Positions 49,032 through 63,888 of a DNA stretch of 64,000 nucleotides are shown here, piece by piece (within the stretch, counting starts at the first letter, position 1; each line of letters begins with the position of its first letter). The translations under genes and the position numbers were made by a program. The notes below the pieces were generated by a model. The model had not been told where the DNA came from and did no database searches. It saw only the letters and a list, made by a program, of their open reading frames with translations. Source of the stretch: Nitrospinales bacterium (GTDB taxonomy: Bacteria > Nitrospinota > Nitrospinia > Nitrospinales > VA-1); the NCBI GenBank assembly GCA_965262115.1, contig OZ253496.1:2496001-2560000 (forward strand), written 5' to 3'.

Positions 49032-50645
49032 TCACTGGCTTTCGGCCCAGGCGGCCAGTTTCTCGCGGAAGATTTTCGCGTTATGCCTGACGTCCACCGG
49101 GAATTCCGGATAGAAAAGTATTTTCTTGATGGAGCGTGTGTGCGCAGAGGCGGCTGCGATTCCCAACAATTCTTTTATGAAGGTTTCCTGGTCTTTAGCA
49201 ACTCTATCCGCATTCTCCGATTCTATAATTATAACGGGTTCCCGATTGCGTCCTTTGCCCACCAGCGCGGAGCGCCTGACATCAGGATGCTGGTTGAACA
49301 AGGCTTCGCAGGGAATGGTGAATAGAGTTTCCGAATTGGTGACGACACGATGGCTTTTTCTGCCGCAGAACCAAAGCCGGTTTTGTTCGTCCCATTTGCC
49401 AACATCGCCCATCCTGTGCCAGAAGGTTTCGCCGTCCTGGATTTTTGCCAGACGAGTGACGTCCTCTTGATTGAAATAGGTTTTAGTGACCCAGGGAGAC
49501 TTCACGATAATTTCTCCTGTTTGACCCTTGGGGATTTCCAGATCCTCTCTCCATTTGAGAATAGGTTCCTCTGAAATTCGTATGATTTTTATTTCAACTC
49601 CGGGTACCGGTTTGCCGACGCAGGTTCCTTCGCCTTTTTCTGACTGAGGCCATGTCTCATTGACGATCTCCTGTCTCTCTATGGAAGTGACGGGGAGAGC
49701 TTCGGTGGCTCCATAGGGAGTCAGGACTTTGCAGTCCGGTTGCAAAATGGACTCGAAACGCTTGAGCAAAGTTCCGGAAACGGGAGCACCGGCAATCAGG
49801 ATGCGCCGGAGGGAAGAAAGCTGTACCCCGTTTTTCTGACAATGGCGGCTGACCGTATCCCAAAGGGCCGGGGAACCAAAACTGCTGGTGATGCCATAAT
49901 TCTGGATGGGGTGGATAATGTTTTCAGGGTTCACCTTTGCCGGACGTGTGGAATCCATATCCGGAATCACGCTGGTCATTCCCATTCCTGTACTGAACAA
50001 ACCAAACAGGGGAAACGTGGGTAAATCTTTTTCTCCGGGAAGAATACCGAAGTGCTCGCGTAGAATTCGGGTTTGCTGGTCGAACATGCCATGAGTATAA
50101 AGCACCCCTTTTGCCGGGCCGGTACTACCACTGGTGAATAAAACAGCCGCTTCCTGACCTTCAGGGGTTTCGCCGATCTGGTATTCGGTTTGCCCACTCC
50201 GCTTTACCTGATCCAAGGTGGGGCCACGCCAGAACCATTTTCTTCCAACGGTAACTGAAAGTTGAACCGACTTGAATGGGGTCGGCATCAGGGTTTTTAT
50301 GGCATGCGCTAAAGGAATGGCGATGATTCCCCGGGGCTCGGACTGCTTGATGCAATGCAGAACATTTTTTTTGCCCAGCCCCGGGTCAATCAGGACGGGA
50401 ACCCCTCCGGTTTTGAACAATGCGAAGGTCAGTGTTACAAACTCCATTCCATAAGGAACCATCACCAGAACCCGGTCTCCCTTTTTCATTCCGTAGTGAA
50501 GAAGGCCGGAAGCAATTAGATTGCTCTCCTCTTCCAACTGCTTGAAAGTGATTTGGCTTTTGCTTCGCATTTCAATGATTGCAGATTGGTCTGGCATCTC
50601 TTTTGCCCAATGCGCCAGACTCGCGGAGATATTGCAGGATTTCAT
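49032..50645 (-). CDS. oleC: OleC-like adenylate-forming enzyme (olefin beta-lactone synthetase / fatty acid-CoA ligase)
   Basis: FTSGSTGPAKGV, TPYGATE, WHRMGD, C-terminal FPVDVRHNAKIFRE typical of OleC. Confidence 0.8.
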   Translation of the reverse strand: MKSCNISASLAHWAKEMPDQSAIIEMRSKSQITFKQLEEESNLIASGLLHYGMKKGDRVLVMVPYGMEFVTLTFALFKTGGVPVLIDPGLGKKNVLHCIKQSEPRGIIAIPLAHAIKTLMPTPFKSVQLSVTVGRKWFWRGPTLDQVKRSGQTEYQIGETPEGQEAAVLFTSGSTGPAKGVLYTHGMFDQQTRILREHFGILPGEKDLPTFPLFGLFSTGMGMTSVIPDMDSTRPAKVNPENIIHPIQNYGITSSFGSPALWDTVSRHCQKNGVQLSSLRRILIAGAPVSGTLLKRFESILQPDCKVLTPYGATEALPVTSIERQEIVNETWPQSEKGEGTCVGKPVPGVEIKIIRISEEPILKWREDLEIPKGQTGEIIVKSPWVTKTYFNQEDVTRLAKIQDGETFWHRMGDVGKWDEQNRLWFCGRKSHRVVTNSETLFTIPCEALFNQHPDVRRSALVGKGRNREPVIIIESENADRVAKDQETFIKELLGIAAASAHTRSIKKILFYPEFPVDVRHNAKIFREKLAAWAESQ

Positions 50646-50651
50646 GGTGGG

Positions 50652-51392
50652 CTAGGGTAAGTCGAGAGCCATCTTGACCAGAGGCAGGGTCACTTTTTTC
50701 TTTTTGATATAAGACTCCTGGTTGATGGTCGTGACCGCATTTTGAATGGAAATAAAATCTCTGGGAATGCGGGACAGCAGAAAATGAATGATGGGTACCG
50801 GCAAGGTCAGGTTGATATCTTTTGCCAGCTTCATAATAATTTTGGCGGTGGCGGCATCATCAATTGGTTTGATTTCTGCCACCATTCCCCACTGAAACCG
50901 CGAGGTCAGGTAACTTTTCATTGCAGAATTTTTGTCAGGAGGCAGACTCGCGGTGAACGCAAGTTTGCCACCCTTTTCCGTAATATGGTTGTAAATATAA
51001 TAAAGCTTTTCCTGTGCTGTCGGGGAGTGAGCAATGCATTCGACATTATCAATGAGAAAAAAATCAACGTTCAAAAGTTGATCAAGAGACTGTTGGGCCT
51101 CGGGTGAGATGCCGTCTCCTATCTTGTCAGAGAAATCATTTCCTTGAATGCAGACAGCGCGCAACCCATTTTCTGCTGCTTGATTGCCTATGGACAGGAG
51201 TAAATGGGTTTTTCCCAGGTTTTTTTGACCGAAAAGATAGAGGACTTGAAAGACAACCGGATTCCCGGAGCAGAATTCCTTCGCCGTCTCAAAAGCGATG
51301 TGTGAACCATCCGAAACCACAAAGTTGGAAAAATTATGCTCCGGATGAGAGGGAAAATTTAAAATTAACTGTTGGCCGGGTTTGTCGGTCAT
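50652..51392 (-). CDS. hda: DnaA-family AAA+ protein, Hda-like
   Basis: QLILNF clamp-binding motif, NFVV, LGKTHLL, LTSRF. Confidence 0.8.
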   Translation of the reverse strand: MTDKPGQQLILNFPSHPEHNFSNFVVSDGSHIAFETAKEFCSGNPVVFQVLYLFGQKNLGKTHLLLSIGNQAAENGLRAVCIQGNDFSDKIGDGISPEAQQSLDQLLNVDFFLIDNVECIAHSPTAQEKLYYIYNHITEKGGKLAFTASLPPDKNSAMKSYLTSRFQWGMVAEIKPIDDAATAKIIMKLAKDINLTLPVPIIHFLLSRIPRDFISIQNAVTTINQESYIKKKKVTLPLVKMALDLP

Positions 51393-51403
51393 GGCTTCCC
51401 TGA

Positions 51404-51823
51404 TTACTTCGGGCCGGACTGAATTTCAATATAAGCTCTGCCCAAGGTGGTTTTTATCATCAGGACGCAAACCCAGCCTTCTTTTTCGTAGTTCAGGATT
51501 GTGGTTTCATGTTTGATGGAATTGACCATGCTCCAGCCTTTGTTGATCATTTCGTCCTGGTAAAAGCTGACGACATCCCTCAGGTTACTCCAGCCGGAAT
51601 AGAAAAACCGACCCACCTTGACGGCCCCACTTCCCGACTCATAGACAAAAGATTTTGAATGGTCCCGTTCAAACCCATTGGGGACGGGAATGTCCGAAAA
51701 AGGATAGACCATTTCAGGGGGAGGGGGTGGCGGTGGGGGTGTAGCGGCAGTCATTTCTTCCCACGTCGCGCATCCGGTCAACCAAACGCCAAACAGAAAA
51801 AACAGGAACAGTCGTTTAACCAT
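51404..51823 (-). CDS. Putative lipoprotein
   Basis: Lipobox LTGC, Pro-rich linker, FSDIPVP. Confidence 0.75.
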   Translation of the reverse strand: MVKRLFLFFLFGVWLTGCATWEEMTAATPPPPPPPPEMVYPFSDIPVPNGFERDHSKSFVYESGSGAVKVGRFFYSGWSNLRDVVSFYQDEMINKGWSMVNSIKHETTILNYEKEGWVCVLMIKTTLGRAYIEIQSGPK

Positions 51824-52010
51824 TTATACCTCCTCCAAAATAGACCACCAGTAGCCCTGCCATCATGAGGCAAAAACCGATCACCCTCAGAGTGCCATCG
51901 GGTATTTCTGGAACTTTACGGGCAAAAGCTTTCACCTGCTCCGGGAAACAAAAATAAGGGATTCCTTCAAAGACCATCATTAAACCGATAGCGGACAGGA
52001 ACAGGCTCAT
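51816..52010 (-). CDS. DUF2065 small membrane protein
   Basis: AIGL..VFEGIPYF.FP...LRVIG. Confidence 0.85.
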   Translation of the reverse strand: MSLFLSAIGLMMVFEGIPYFCFPEQVKAFARKVPEIPDGTLRVIGFCLMMAGLLVVYFGGGING

Positions 52011-52524
52011 GTCCTGGGCCGATTATAAACAGGAAAAAATATTCGCATAATTTTTATTTTGATATTCTCAAATCTCAGGCAGGCCGGAAGATGAGAAAAC
52101 CCTTTCTGTGACCGGTTAGTTCGGTTGGTCGGCTTGAGGAACAGCCATTGCCTGTTACGATTATCTTTTATCTCATAAAGTGAGTCAATACATAATTGGC
52201 GGGAAAAAGGTGTGGAAAAGTTGTAAAGAACGGAAAAAGCATTATATAATCGTCAGGATCGCCTGTTCCTTCAAATGTCCATTTTTGGACTTGGTCCACC
52301 GGCCTTTTGTTGCGGAAACAACCATTCCAGTAAAAAAATGGTTGGATCTTTATGTTTCCGCAGATCGGGATTTTAGATTAATTTTTTTTAACTGAAATAT
52401 TTGTTGCTAAAGTATTAAGCTATATTTAGTTTAACCGCTCTTTTATGAGAGCCTGGGTTGTATTGCCCGAGACTCCTTTTGCAGAATTTTATTTTTGTTA
52501 TTTGTCAAATGAGGATTAGAAAAC

Positions 52525-53991
52525 ATGTTTAGATCTTTTGTCCATCGTGCCCGTGTAACTTCATCGGTTTTTGTGTTTTTACTTGCATTTGGGCTGGTTG
52601 TTTCTCCAGAGACCATTTTTGCGCTAAGCAGTAATACCCAGTCGCTTGCGAGCAATATTTTTGTGGAAATTGCAAAAAAGCAAAACCCTGCTGTGGTTAA
52701 TGTGAGCACCAAGGCGAAGGCGGCACCGCAGAGAAATTTCCCAAGGTCCCGTCCTGGACCAGGGCAGGACCGGTCTCCCGATCCCTTCCGTGATTTTTAT
52801 GACCGTTTCTTTGGCGAGCGTCCGAATCAGCGACCGAAACGGGGTATGGGTTCCGGATTCGTGATCGACAAGGAGGGTCATATCCTGACCAACTATCATG
52901 TGATAGAAGGGGCCGATGAAATTGTGGTGATGCTTGAGGATAATGGAAGTGAAAAAGAATACACCGCTACCCTGATAGGGTCGGACTCAAAAACCGATAT
53001 TGCCTTGATTAAAATCAACCGCGAATCGGGGGACAATAAGGCGTTCCCTTTTCTAAAACTGGGAAGTTCCGAAAACCTTGAGGTGGGGGAATGGGTGGTA
53101 GCCATCGGTAACCCTTTTGGTCTCAGCCACACCGTTACGGTGGGCGTAGTGAGTGCCTTGGGCCGGAGCATTGGTGCCGGCCCCTATGATGAATTCATTC
53201 AGACCGACGCTTCGATCAACCCGGGTAATAGCGGAGGGCCGCTGATAAATCTCGAAGGGGAAGTGATTGGGATCAACACCGCCATCATTTCAGGAAATAC
53301 TGGCGGAAATGTGGGGATCGGATTTGCTATTCCTATTAACATCGCCAAGGGAATTTTAAAAGACCTGAAAGAAACGGGATCGGTAACCCGTGGCTGGTTG
53401 GGGGTCATGATCCAGAAAATCACTCCCGAGTTGGCCAAATCTTTCGGCCTCAACCAAAGTGAGGGGGCTCTTGTTGGCGATGTCATTCCTGATGGTCCTG
53501 CCGCTAAGGCGGGAATACAACGCGGAGATGTTATTATCCGGTTTAACAATCAGCCGGTAAAGAAAATGGAAGATCTTCCCAAAATCGTTGCCGCGACCAC
53601 CCCAGGGCTGAGGGTCGATGTCGAGGTGATTCGTGACAGTTTCCGGAAAATACTCCAAGTAACCATAGAAGTATTGAAAGATTCGCAGGAAACGGTGGTG
53701 GCCAAGGCCGATCCTCTGGGCCTCCAGGTTCAGGATATTAACGAGGAGTTGGCGAAAAACCTGCAATTGCAGAGTGGGGAAGGGGTTCTGGTTTCCGATG
53801 TGACCGCCGGAAATGCTGCGTCAGAAGCGGGTATCCGCCGGGGAGATGTGATTTCGGAAATGAACCGCGCTACAGTCAGAAATATGCAGGACTACCAGAA
53901 TCTGTTGGCCGCCGTCGAAAAGGGCTCGTCCGTCCTGTTTCTGATCAAGCGGGGAGGAAGTACCATATATATTGCTGTCAAAGTTGAGTAG
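52525..53991 (+). CDS. Do/DegP/DegQ serine protease (2 PDZ)
   Basis: TNYHV, DIAL, GNSGGP, two PDZ domains. Confidence 0.95.
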   Translation: MFRSFVHRARVTSSVFVFLLAFGLVVSPETIFALSSNTQSLASNIFVEIAKKQNPAVVNVSTKAKAAPQRNFPRSRPGPGQDRSPDPFRDFYDRFFGERPNQRPKRGMGSGFVIDKEGHILTNYHVIEGADEIVVMLEDNGSEKEYTATLIGSDSKTDIALIKINRESGDNKAFPFLKLGSSENLEVGEWVVAIGNPFGLSHTVTVGVVSALGRSIGAGPYDEFIQTDASINPGNSGGPLINLEGEVIGINTAIISGNTGGNVGIGFAIPINIAKGILKDLKETGSVTRGWLGVMIQKITPELAKSFGLNQSEGALVGDVIPDGPAAKAGIQRGDVIIRFNNQPVKKMEDLPKIVAATTPGLRVDVEVIRDSFRKILQVTIEVLKDSQETVVAKADPLGLQVQDINEELAKNLQLQSGEGVLVSDVTAGNAASEAGIRRGDVISEMNRATVRNMQDYQNLLAAVEKGSSVLFLIKRGGSTIYIAVKVE

Positions 53992-54042
53992 AGCATTGTT
54001 TTACCTTCGATTAATTTTTTCACTTTTTCACCCTGTCTAAGC

Positions 54043-57464
<3,422 letters not shown>

Positions 57465-57474
57465 GTCAAACCCT

Positions 57475-58788
57475 TCAGCGGACAGCGGATGAGTGGACTC
57501 GTCGGCGGATTGGCCGTTTCGCGGGTCTTCGACCGTCAGGTTTCCTGGCTCTCGGAGGGGGACCGCGCCGCTTTCGTATCGGAGGCTTGCCTTCCTTTTC
57601 TTCCAGAAACAATTCCTCTTCGGGCCAGGATACGGGGATTTTGTTTTTCAGGTAATCCTCGACCCGTTCCAAATGCTGGGCGAAATCTTCACAGCAAAGT
57701 GTGATGGCGGTGCCCTTGTTTCCTGCTCGTGCGGTTCTGCCTATGCGATGCACATAGTCTTCCGCGTCCTGCGGTAAATCATAATTAATGACATGCGTGA
57801 TATTGTCGATATGCAGTCCTCGCGATGCCACGTCCGTGGCGATGAGGATATCGAGAGCACCTTCCTGAAATTTTTCCAGTACCCGAATTCGGGCCTTCTG
57901 GTGAAGGTCGCCGCTAATTTGTCCGGCGTTAAAGCCGTTGTGGTTCAATTTCCACTCAAGAATCTCGCATTCAATTTTAGTGTTGGAAAAAATCAGAACT
58001 TTTTCCCCGGCCTCTTTTTTCATCAAACCTAAAAGGAGGTTGAATTTTTCATGTTGTCCGACGTGATAGAGTATCTGGGTGACCTCGTCCACCACCGCTT
58101 TTTCCGGCTCGATGGCTACCCTGACCGGATTGTTCATGTGCTCGTAACACAACTCCATAACCCGGTGATTGAGCGTTGCCGAAAATAGCATGGACTGGCG
58201 CTTGTCATAGGGCGAACAGTTGCGGAATAAATAACGCAGGTCGGCAATGAATCCCATATCAAACATGCGGTCGGCTTCGTCCACGACCAGAACTTCCACC
58301 TGTTTCAAACTGAAGAATTTTTGCTTGTAGAAATCGATCAACCGGCCCGGTGTGGCGATCAGGATGTCCACCCCATCCTTGATCTGGTTTATCTGTTTGT
58401 CATAATCCACTCCGCCGATAACACAAACCGTGCGGAACGAGCAATGCTTGCCTAAGAGTAGGGCATCCTTTTCGATTTGCCTTGCCAGTTCGCGGGTCGG
58501 AGCGATGATCAATGCTCGTGGACCGGCTTTTCCTTTAGGCGCGAGTGGTGGAGTGTTTTCTAACAGCCGGGTGAACAGGGTGATCAAAAACGCCGCGGTT
58601 TTTCCCGTTCCGGTCTGTGCTTGCCCTGCCAGGTCCTTGCGCCCAAGAGTGATGGGCAGAGACTTGCTCTGGATCGGTGTGCAGGTTACAAATTTCGCGT
58701 CGCGAATGCCCTTTAAGACTAGTTCTGGCAAGGCCAGAGATTCAAAGGTCAGTAGTTCCAAAAGATGCTCCGGGTGGGCACTTCTCAC
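57475..58788 (-). CDS. DEAD-box RNA helicase (RhlB-like)
   Basis: AQTGTGKT, DEADRMFD, SAT, HRIGRTAR; start position uncertain. Confidence 0.93.
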   Translation of the reverse strand: MRSAHPEHLLELLTFESLALPELVLKGIRDAKFVTCTPIQSKSLPITLGRKDLAGQAQTGTGKTAAFLITLFTRLLENTPPLAPKGKAGPRALIIAPTRELARQIEKDALLLGKHCSFRTVCVIGGVDYDKQINQIKDGVDILIATPGRLIDFYKQKFFSLKQVEVLVVDEADRMFDMGFIADLRYLFRNCSPYDKRQSMLFSATLNHRVMELCYEHMNNPVRVAIEPEKAVVDEVTQILYHVGQHEKFNLLLGLMKKEAGEKVLIFSNTKIECEILEWKLNHNGFNAGQISGDLHQKARIRVLEKFQEGALDILIATDVASRGLHIDNITHVINYDLPQDAEDYVHRIGRTARAGNKGTAITLCCEDFAQHLERVEDYLKNKIPVSWPEEELFLEEKEGKPPIRKRRGPPPRARKPDGRRPAKRPIRRRVHSSAVR

Positions 58789-59159
58789 AGGGACTCTTGA
58801 GAGTTAGAGCCTTAATTTTCAAGTGGTTAAAAATCTTTGTTGAAGATAAAGGTCATTATGAGGGGCTTACCCTTGATTTGCAACTCAAATTTCATTTTTC
58901 TTGACTTTGGAGGGGGGGAAATGTTTAAATTATCCTTCAATTTTGATTCCGGTAGTTACCCAGATTCTAGGCCCGCCTGCACTTGATTTCAAAGAATTTT
59001 CCCTTTGATTTTCAATGGTTTTTGTTTCAGAAGCGGGACGAACCGGAAAATTGGAATAAGGCCGGAAAGTGGGGCAATTGTTATCGTTTTTTATCCGGCC
59101 TTTACCGGATAGGCTCGTTTTAGATGAACCACGGGTTTTTCGCGTTTTGAGGTGAATTT

Positions 59160-60872
59160 GTGATTCAACATGATGTGCTGATTGTGGGTGCCGGTCTCGC
59201 CGGGATGCGTTGTGCCCTGGAAGCCTGTAAGGAGTTGGATGTTGCCGTGTTGACCAAGGTGTATCCTTCCAGATCCCATTCCGGTGCGGCGCAGGGGGGT
59301 ATTGCCGCTTCTTTGGGAAACTCGGAGCCGGACAGTTGGGAAGAGCATATGTACGACACCGTCAAAGGTGGCGACTTTCTCAGCGACCAGGATGCGGTGG
59401 AAGAGTATGTCAAAGCCGCTCCCAGGATTATCTATGAATTAGAGCATATGGGTTGTGTTTTCAGCCGTACGCCGGATGGGAAAATTGCCCAGCGCAGTTT
59501 CGGTGGGCATTCCAAACCGCGCGCCTGTTTTTCTGCCGACCGCACCGGCCATGCCATTCTACATGCCCTGCATGAACAACTCATGAAGAATGCGAAATCC
59601 GTTAAAATTTATAGCGAGTGGTACATGCACTCGCTGGTTGTTGATGGCGATCGTCGTTGTAACGGTGTGGTGGTCAGCAATATCCAGACCGGGGAAGTGG
59701 AAGTGATTCAGGCCAAGGCCGTGGTATTTTGTACCGGGGGATATGGCAGGGTATACAAATTCACTTCCAATGCTTTTGCCAGTACGGCCGATGGAGTCAT
59801 GGCCGCGTTCGATGTAGGGATTCCCCTGGAAGATTTGGAATTTGTCCAATTTCATCCATCGGGTTTGTATCGCCAAGGAATTTTATTTTCTGAAGCAGCG
59901 CGGGGAGAAGGAGCTTATCTCCTTAATGGAAAAGGCGAACGCTTCATGGAACAGTATGCCCCGTCGCGCATGGAACTGGCCCCCCGCGACATCGTAGCTC
60001 GGGCCGAGCAGAGCGAAATGGATGCCGGGCGTGGTGTGAACGGTGAAAACTGTATTCATCTTGACCTGCGCCATTTGGGTGAGGCGCGGATCATGGAACG
60101 TCTGCCGCAAATCAGGCAACTGGGTATCGACTTTTTGGGTGTAGACTGCATCAACGAATGTTTGCCCATTCAGCCTACTGCGCATTATTCGATGGGTGGT
60201 ATCCCGACCGATAAATATTCTCACGTAATTCTTGATGAAAAAGGCACCCGCATGAACGGATTTTTTGCCGCCGGGGAATGCGCCTGTGTCTCCGTTCATG
60301 GTGGTAACCGGCTGGGTACAAATTCCCTTCTGGAAGCAACGGTGTTTGGAGAACGTGCGGGTAAATCCGTACTCGAATATGCCGTGGGCATTGACTACGG
60401 AAACGTCAACGAAGGGCAGGAAAAAGCCCGGGTCCTGAAAAAGTTTGAGGATATTTTTCAAAGAGATGGCTCGGAAAGCTATAACGACATCCGTAATGAG
60501 ATGAAGGATATAATGATGAGCCATTGCGGGGTTTTTCGCGATGAGAAAAAACTCAAAGTCTGTATTGAAACCTTGAAAGGACTGCAGGAAAGGTTCAAAA
60601 ACGGTAGAGTGACCGATAAGGGCAAGCTGTTCAATACAGAAATTTATGAAATTCTGGAATTGGGAAACATGCTAGGGATTTCCCGGCTGATCGCCAATGG
60701 TGCCCTGCAAAGAAAGGAAAGCCGGGGCGGACATTTCCGCACGGATTTTCCGAAACGCGATGACGAAAATTTTCTCCATCATTCAATGACCTACGACTCC
60801 CCAGATGGACTGGTGGTGAAAAAGAAATCGGTCGTGATCACCAAATATCAACCCGCAGAAAGAACTTATTAA
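59160..60872 (+). CDS. sdhA: Succinate dehydrogenase/fumarate reductase flavoprotein
   Basis: [10 protein letters not shown] covalent-FAD motif, QFHP, HYSMGG, RLGTNSL. Confidence 0.95.
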   Translation: MIQHDVLIVGAGLAGMRCALEACKELDVAVLTKVYPSRSHSGAAQGGIAASLGNSEPDSWEEHMYDTVKGGDFLSDQDAVEEYVKAAPRIIYELEHMGCVFSRTPDGKIAQRSFGGHSKPRACFSADRTGHAILHALHEQLMKNAKSVKIYSEWYMHSLVVDGDRRCNGVVVSNIQTGEVEVIQAKAVVFCTGGYGRVYKFTSNAFASTADGVMAAFDVGIPLEDLEFVQFHPSGLYRQGILFSEAARGEGAYLLNGKGERFMEQYAPSRMELAPRDIVARAEQSEMDAGRGVNGENCIHLDLRHLGEARIMERLPQIRQLGIDFLGVDCINECLPIQPTAHYSMGGIPTDKYSHVILDEKGTRMNGFFAAGECACVSVHGGNRLGTNSLLEATVFGERAGKSVLEYAVGIDYGNVNEGQEKARVLKKFEDIFQRDGSESYNDIRNEMKDIMMSHCGVFRDEKKLKVCIETLKGLQERFKNGRVTDKGKLFNTEIYEILELGNMLGISRLIANGALQRKESRGGHFRTDFPKRDDENFLHHSMTYDSPDGLVVKKKSVVITKYQPAERTY

Positions 60873-61813
60873 TGGCGACTTTCAGGATCAAGCGCTTCAA
60901 TCCGGAAAAACAACCAGAACCTTATTTTGAGGACTTCCAACTGGACATCCAACCGGGGATTACCCTTCTGGATTGCATGAACCAGATCAAGTGGACATTG
61001 GATGGAAGTTTTACTTACCGGATGTCCTGCCGCAGTGCCATTTGCGGGTCCTGCGCCGTTAAAGCGAACGGTCACGCCCTGCTGGCTTGCCAACGTCAGG
61101 CCGAACACATTGTCGATAACGACGAGACCATTACGCTAGAACCTTTGGGCAATATGAAGCCGATCAAAGACCTGGTGGTCGACTTCACCCCGTTCTGGGA
61201 CAAGGTCAACAAGGTCAAACCTTATCTGGAACCCAAAGAAGCCCCGCCGGAAAAAGAACGTCCCCAAAGTCAGGAAGAATTTTTGAGGATCGACGATTCA
61301 AGCACCTGCATCATGTGCGGGGCCTGCTATTCCGACTGCAATACCCTCGAGGTGGATGAGAACTTCCTCGGGCCGGCGGCTCTTGCCAAGGCGCAAAGAT
61401 TTGTTGGCGATTCCCGTGACTCCCAAACCTTCGAGCGGGTTAAAGAACTCAGCGAACCGGGCGGCATCTGGGACTGCACCCACTGCGGCGAATGTGTCGA
61501 GCGTTGCCCCAAACCGGCGCGTCCGTTTGACCGCATCAAAGAAATCATGACCGTGGCCCTGGAGCAAGGTGTGCACAACAATAACGGAGCCCGGCACGCA
61601 CTATCCTTTTTTAATTCCGTAAAAAGAAGCGGTAATCTGAATGAGAACAGGATTCCCGTTGAGTCGATGGGATTTTTCAATATTTCCGGATTGTTGAGCC
61701 TGCTTCCTGTCGGGTTGCGCATGTTCTTTAAGGGCAAGGTTCCCCCGATCATTCATCACTCCATTGATGAAGTGGACGATGTTAAACGAATTTTCAAGGA
61801 GTTGGATCAATGA
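60872..61813 (+). CDS. sdhB: Succinate dehydrogenase iron-sulfur subunit (type E, extended)
   Basis: [33 protein letters not shown]. Confidence 0.95.
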   Translation: MATFRIKRFNPEKQPEPYFEDFQLDIQPGITLLDCMNQIKWTLDGSFTYRMSCRSAICGSCAVKANGHALLACQRQAEHIVDNDETITLEPLGNMKPIKDLVVDFTPFWDKVNKVKPYLEPKEAPPEKERPQSQEEFLRIDDSSTCIMCGACYSDCNTLEVDENFLGPAALAKAQRFVGDSRDSQTFERVKELSEPGGIWDCTHCGECVERCPKPARPFDRIKEIMTVALEQGVHNNNGARHALSFFNSVKRSGNLNENRIPVESMGFFNISGLLSLLPVGLRMFFKGKVPPIIHHSIDEVDDVKRIFKELDQ

Positions 61814-62688
61814 AGTTTGCCTTGTTTACCGGATGTGTTGCCAAAGGGGCAACCCGGGAACTGATGCTTTCCACCACCAAAGCCGCCGAAGGCCTCGGGT
61901 TTGAATTCATAGAAATGAAAAGCGCTTCCTGCTGTGGTGCCGGGGTGGTTTCCGAAAAAAGCCCTCTGCTTGCCGATGCGCTGAACGCGCGTTCGTTTTC
62001 CATCGCCGAAAAACAAGGGCTCGATATCGTCACCATCTGTTCGACCTGCCAGGGCACCTTGAAAAAAACTGAAGCTCAGCTCAATGCAGATGCCGAATAT
62101 AAAAAGAAGGTCAACGACATCCTCGAGGAGGGTGGGCACCAATATAGCGGCAAGACACGGATCAAACATTTCGCCAACATTCTCGCTACTGATGAAGGCA
62201 TGGCGAGGTTGAAGGAACGCATCAAAAGACCCCTGACCGGGTTAAAGGTTGCTGCGTTTTATGGTTGTTATGTCCTGCGTCCTTCAGAAAACTCAGACTT
62301 TGAGAATCCGGATAATCCCACAGGTATGGAAGATATTTTTGCAGCACTGGGCGCAACACCGGTTTATTATCCCAGTCGCATCAAGTGTTGCGGGTTTCCC
62401 ATTGTTATGATGAACAAACCGGCTTCTCTTGATATGTCGGGCAACGCCCTGCTGGAGGCGATCGATCACGGCGCCGATGTTGTGGCGACCGGATGTCCGC
62501 TTTGTCATTTGAGCCTCGATTCTTATCAGCCGGAAATTGAAATTTTGCAAAAGAAAAACAATTCCATCCCCGTTCTGCACCTTCCCCAACTGGTTGCACT
62601 GGCCTTGGACTATTCCCCCAGCGAACTCGGCATGGATAGACACATCGTCTCCACCCTCAAAATCAACCAGATCCTCGCTACCACTTAG
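61810..62688 (+). CDS. sdhE: CCG-domain (HdrB-like) SDH anchor subunit
   Basis: Two CCG domains (GC..CCG..CxxC); follows sdhB. Confidence 0.88.
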   Translation: MKFALFTGCVAKGATRELMLSTTKAAEGLGFEFIEMKSASCCGAGVVSEKSPLLADALNARSFSIAEKQGLDIVTICSTCQGTLKKTEAQLNADAEYKKKVNDILEEGGHQYSGKTRIKHFANILATDEGMARLKERIKRPLTGLKVAAFYGCYVLRPSENSDFENPDNPTGMEDIFAALGATPVYYPSRIKCCGFPIVMMNKPASLDMSGNALLEAIDHGADVVATGCPLCHLSLDSYQPEIEILQKKNNSIPVLHLPQLVALALDYSPSELGMDRHIVSTLKINQILATT

Positions 62689-62689
62689 T

Positions 62690-62810
62690 CCCGGCGAACC
62701 GCCGGTGGCCGTGATATTCTTCCAAAGCTCTCCGGAGTACTCGTGTCGGTGTTATGTCAAAACTTTAACCTTCATGCCCCGAAGGGGTATGTGATAATTC
62801 ACCTTAACTA
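62690..62810 (+). repeat. Palindrome plus mini-element cluster (partial 62710-62739, full 62750-62789, partial from 62790)
   Basis: CCCGGCGAACCGCCGGTGGC then CGTGATATTCTTCC..., TGTTATG..TTCATGCCCCGAAGGGGTA|TGTGATA. Confidence 0.8.
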
Positions 62811-62895
62811 TTAAAAAATTTTCTTCATACAAAATGGCACGATGAACCAAAAATGGTTGTAAAGTAAGATAGAGGTAAGAAAATTAAGAATCAGT

Positions 62896-63624
62896 GTGAG
62901 CGATGAACCCGCTGAAATAATACTCTTAAAAATAAAAACTTTAAATAAAGTGGCGAACCGGGAACATATTACACTGCTCAGGAGTTCAGTAGAGAGGTGG
63001 AACATTTGGAGAAAAAGCAATCCAAACATCGAGCCCGATCTGGATCGCGTCGACTTCAATGGCGCTAACCTGAGCAATGCCAACCTCAGAAAAGCTAATT
63101 TCTATATGACCCTACTCAACGGCGCCAATTTGCAGGGCGCGAACCTCACCAAAACCTTCTTCGCCGGTTCGGATTTGCGAGGCGCCAACCTCAACGAAAC
63201 CGATTGCCCGGGAGTGAAGTTCAATGGTGCGGATTTATGCGGATGCTCCTTCAAGAAAGCGAAACTGAGAAAAGTAGATTTCAGTGACCGCGATCTTCGC
63301 GACGTCGACTTCAGTGAAGCCGACCTGAGAAGAGCCGATCTACGAAAGTCTAATCTTGAAAAAGTAAACTTCTTCAAAGCCGATCTTCGTAAGACCTTGC
63401 TCACTGAAGCCAATCTCACAGAGGCGTATCTGTCTTCGGCGTGGTTGCAGGAGACCGACTTACAATGGGCCAACCTCAGCAAGGCTATCTTGCGTTATTC
63501 CGTTAACCTGACCCCCGCCCAGGTCCAATCGGCGAAGATGGACCGCGAAACCAAAGTTCCCCACTACCTGAAGATCCACTGGATTTCTGAAACGGATTTC
63601 CGCTGCGAAAAAAAGACAGGGTAG
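62896..63624 (+). CDS. Pentapeptide repeat protein
   Basis: WNxWR..P.I.PDL leader followed by A[ND]Lxx repeats. Confidence 0.9.
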   Translation: MSDEPAEIILLKIKTLNKVANREHITLLRSSVERWNIWRKSNPNIEPDLDRVDFNGANLSNANLRKANFYMTLLNGANLQGANLTKTFFAGSDLRGANLNETDCPGVKFNGADLCGCSFKKAKLRKVDFSDRDLRDVDFSEADLRRADLRKSNLEKVNFFKADLRKTLLTEANLTEAYLSSAWLQETDLQWANLSKAILRYSVNLTPAQVQSAKMDRETKVPHYLKIHWISETDFRCEKKTG

Positions 63625-63849
63625 AGAATCTGATGCCGCGACCGCTTTCTTTAACTTCCCTTTGCTAAACCTTAGTCAATAGTTCAGAGTTGCTACCCAG
63701 CAAAAACTGCGGGACATTTGCGGGACTTTTCAAACTAACTCAAGCTTATTCTCAATATGCTGGTGCTTCTTTAAGGTATTAAGAACTAGGTAGGTTATCA
63801 GATAAGCCGCCCAATCATGAGCGGTTAAAGACGCGGGGTTCGCTGGCCT

Positions 63850-63888
63850 CGTAATATTCTTCCTAAACTCTCGTGCCACGGAGGGGTG
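63850..63888 (+). repeat. GTGAT..GGGTA mini-element (39 bp, diverged)
   Basis: CGTAATATTCTTCCTAAACTCTCGTGCCACGGAGGGGTG. Confidence 0.75.

Noticed and set aside
59055..59112. Enterobacterial-type REP or riboswitch upstream of sdhA
   Set aside because: Only short hairpins, single copy, no aptamer consensus
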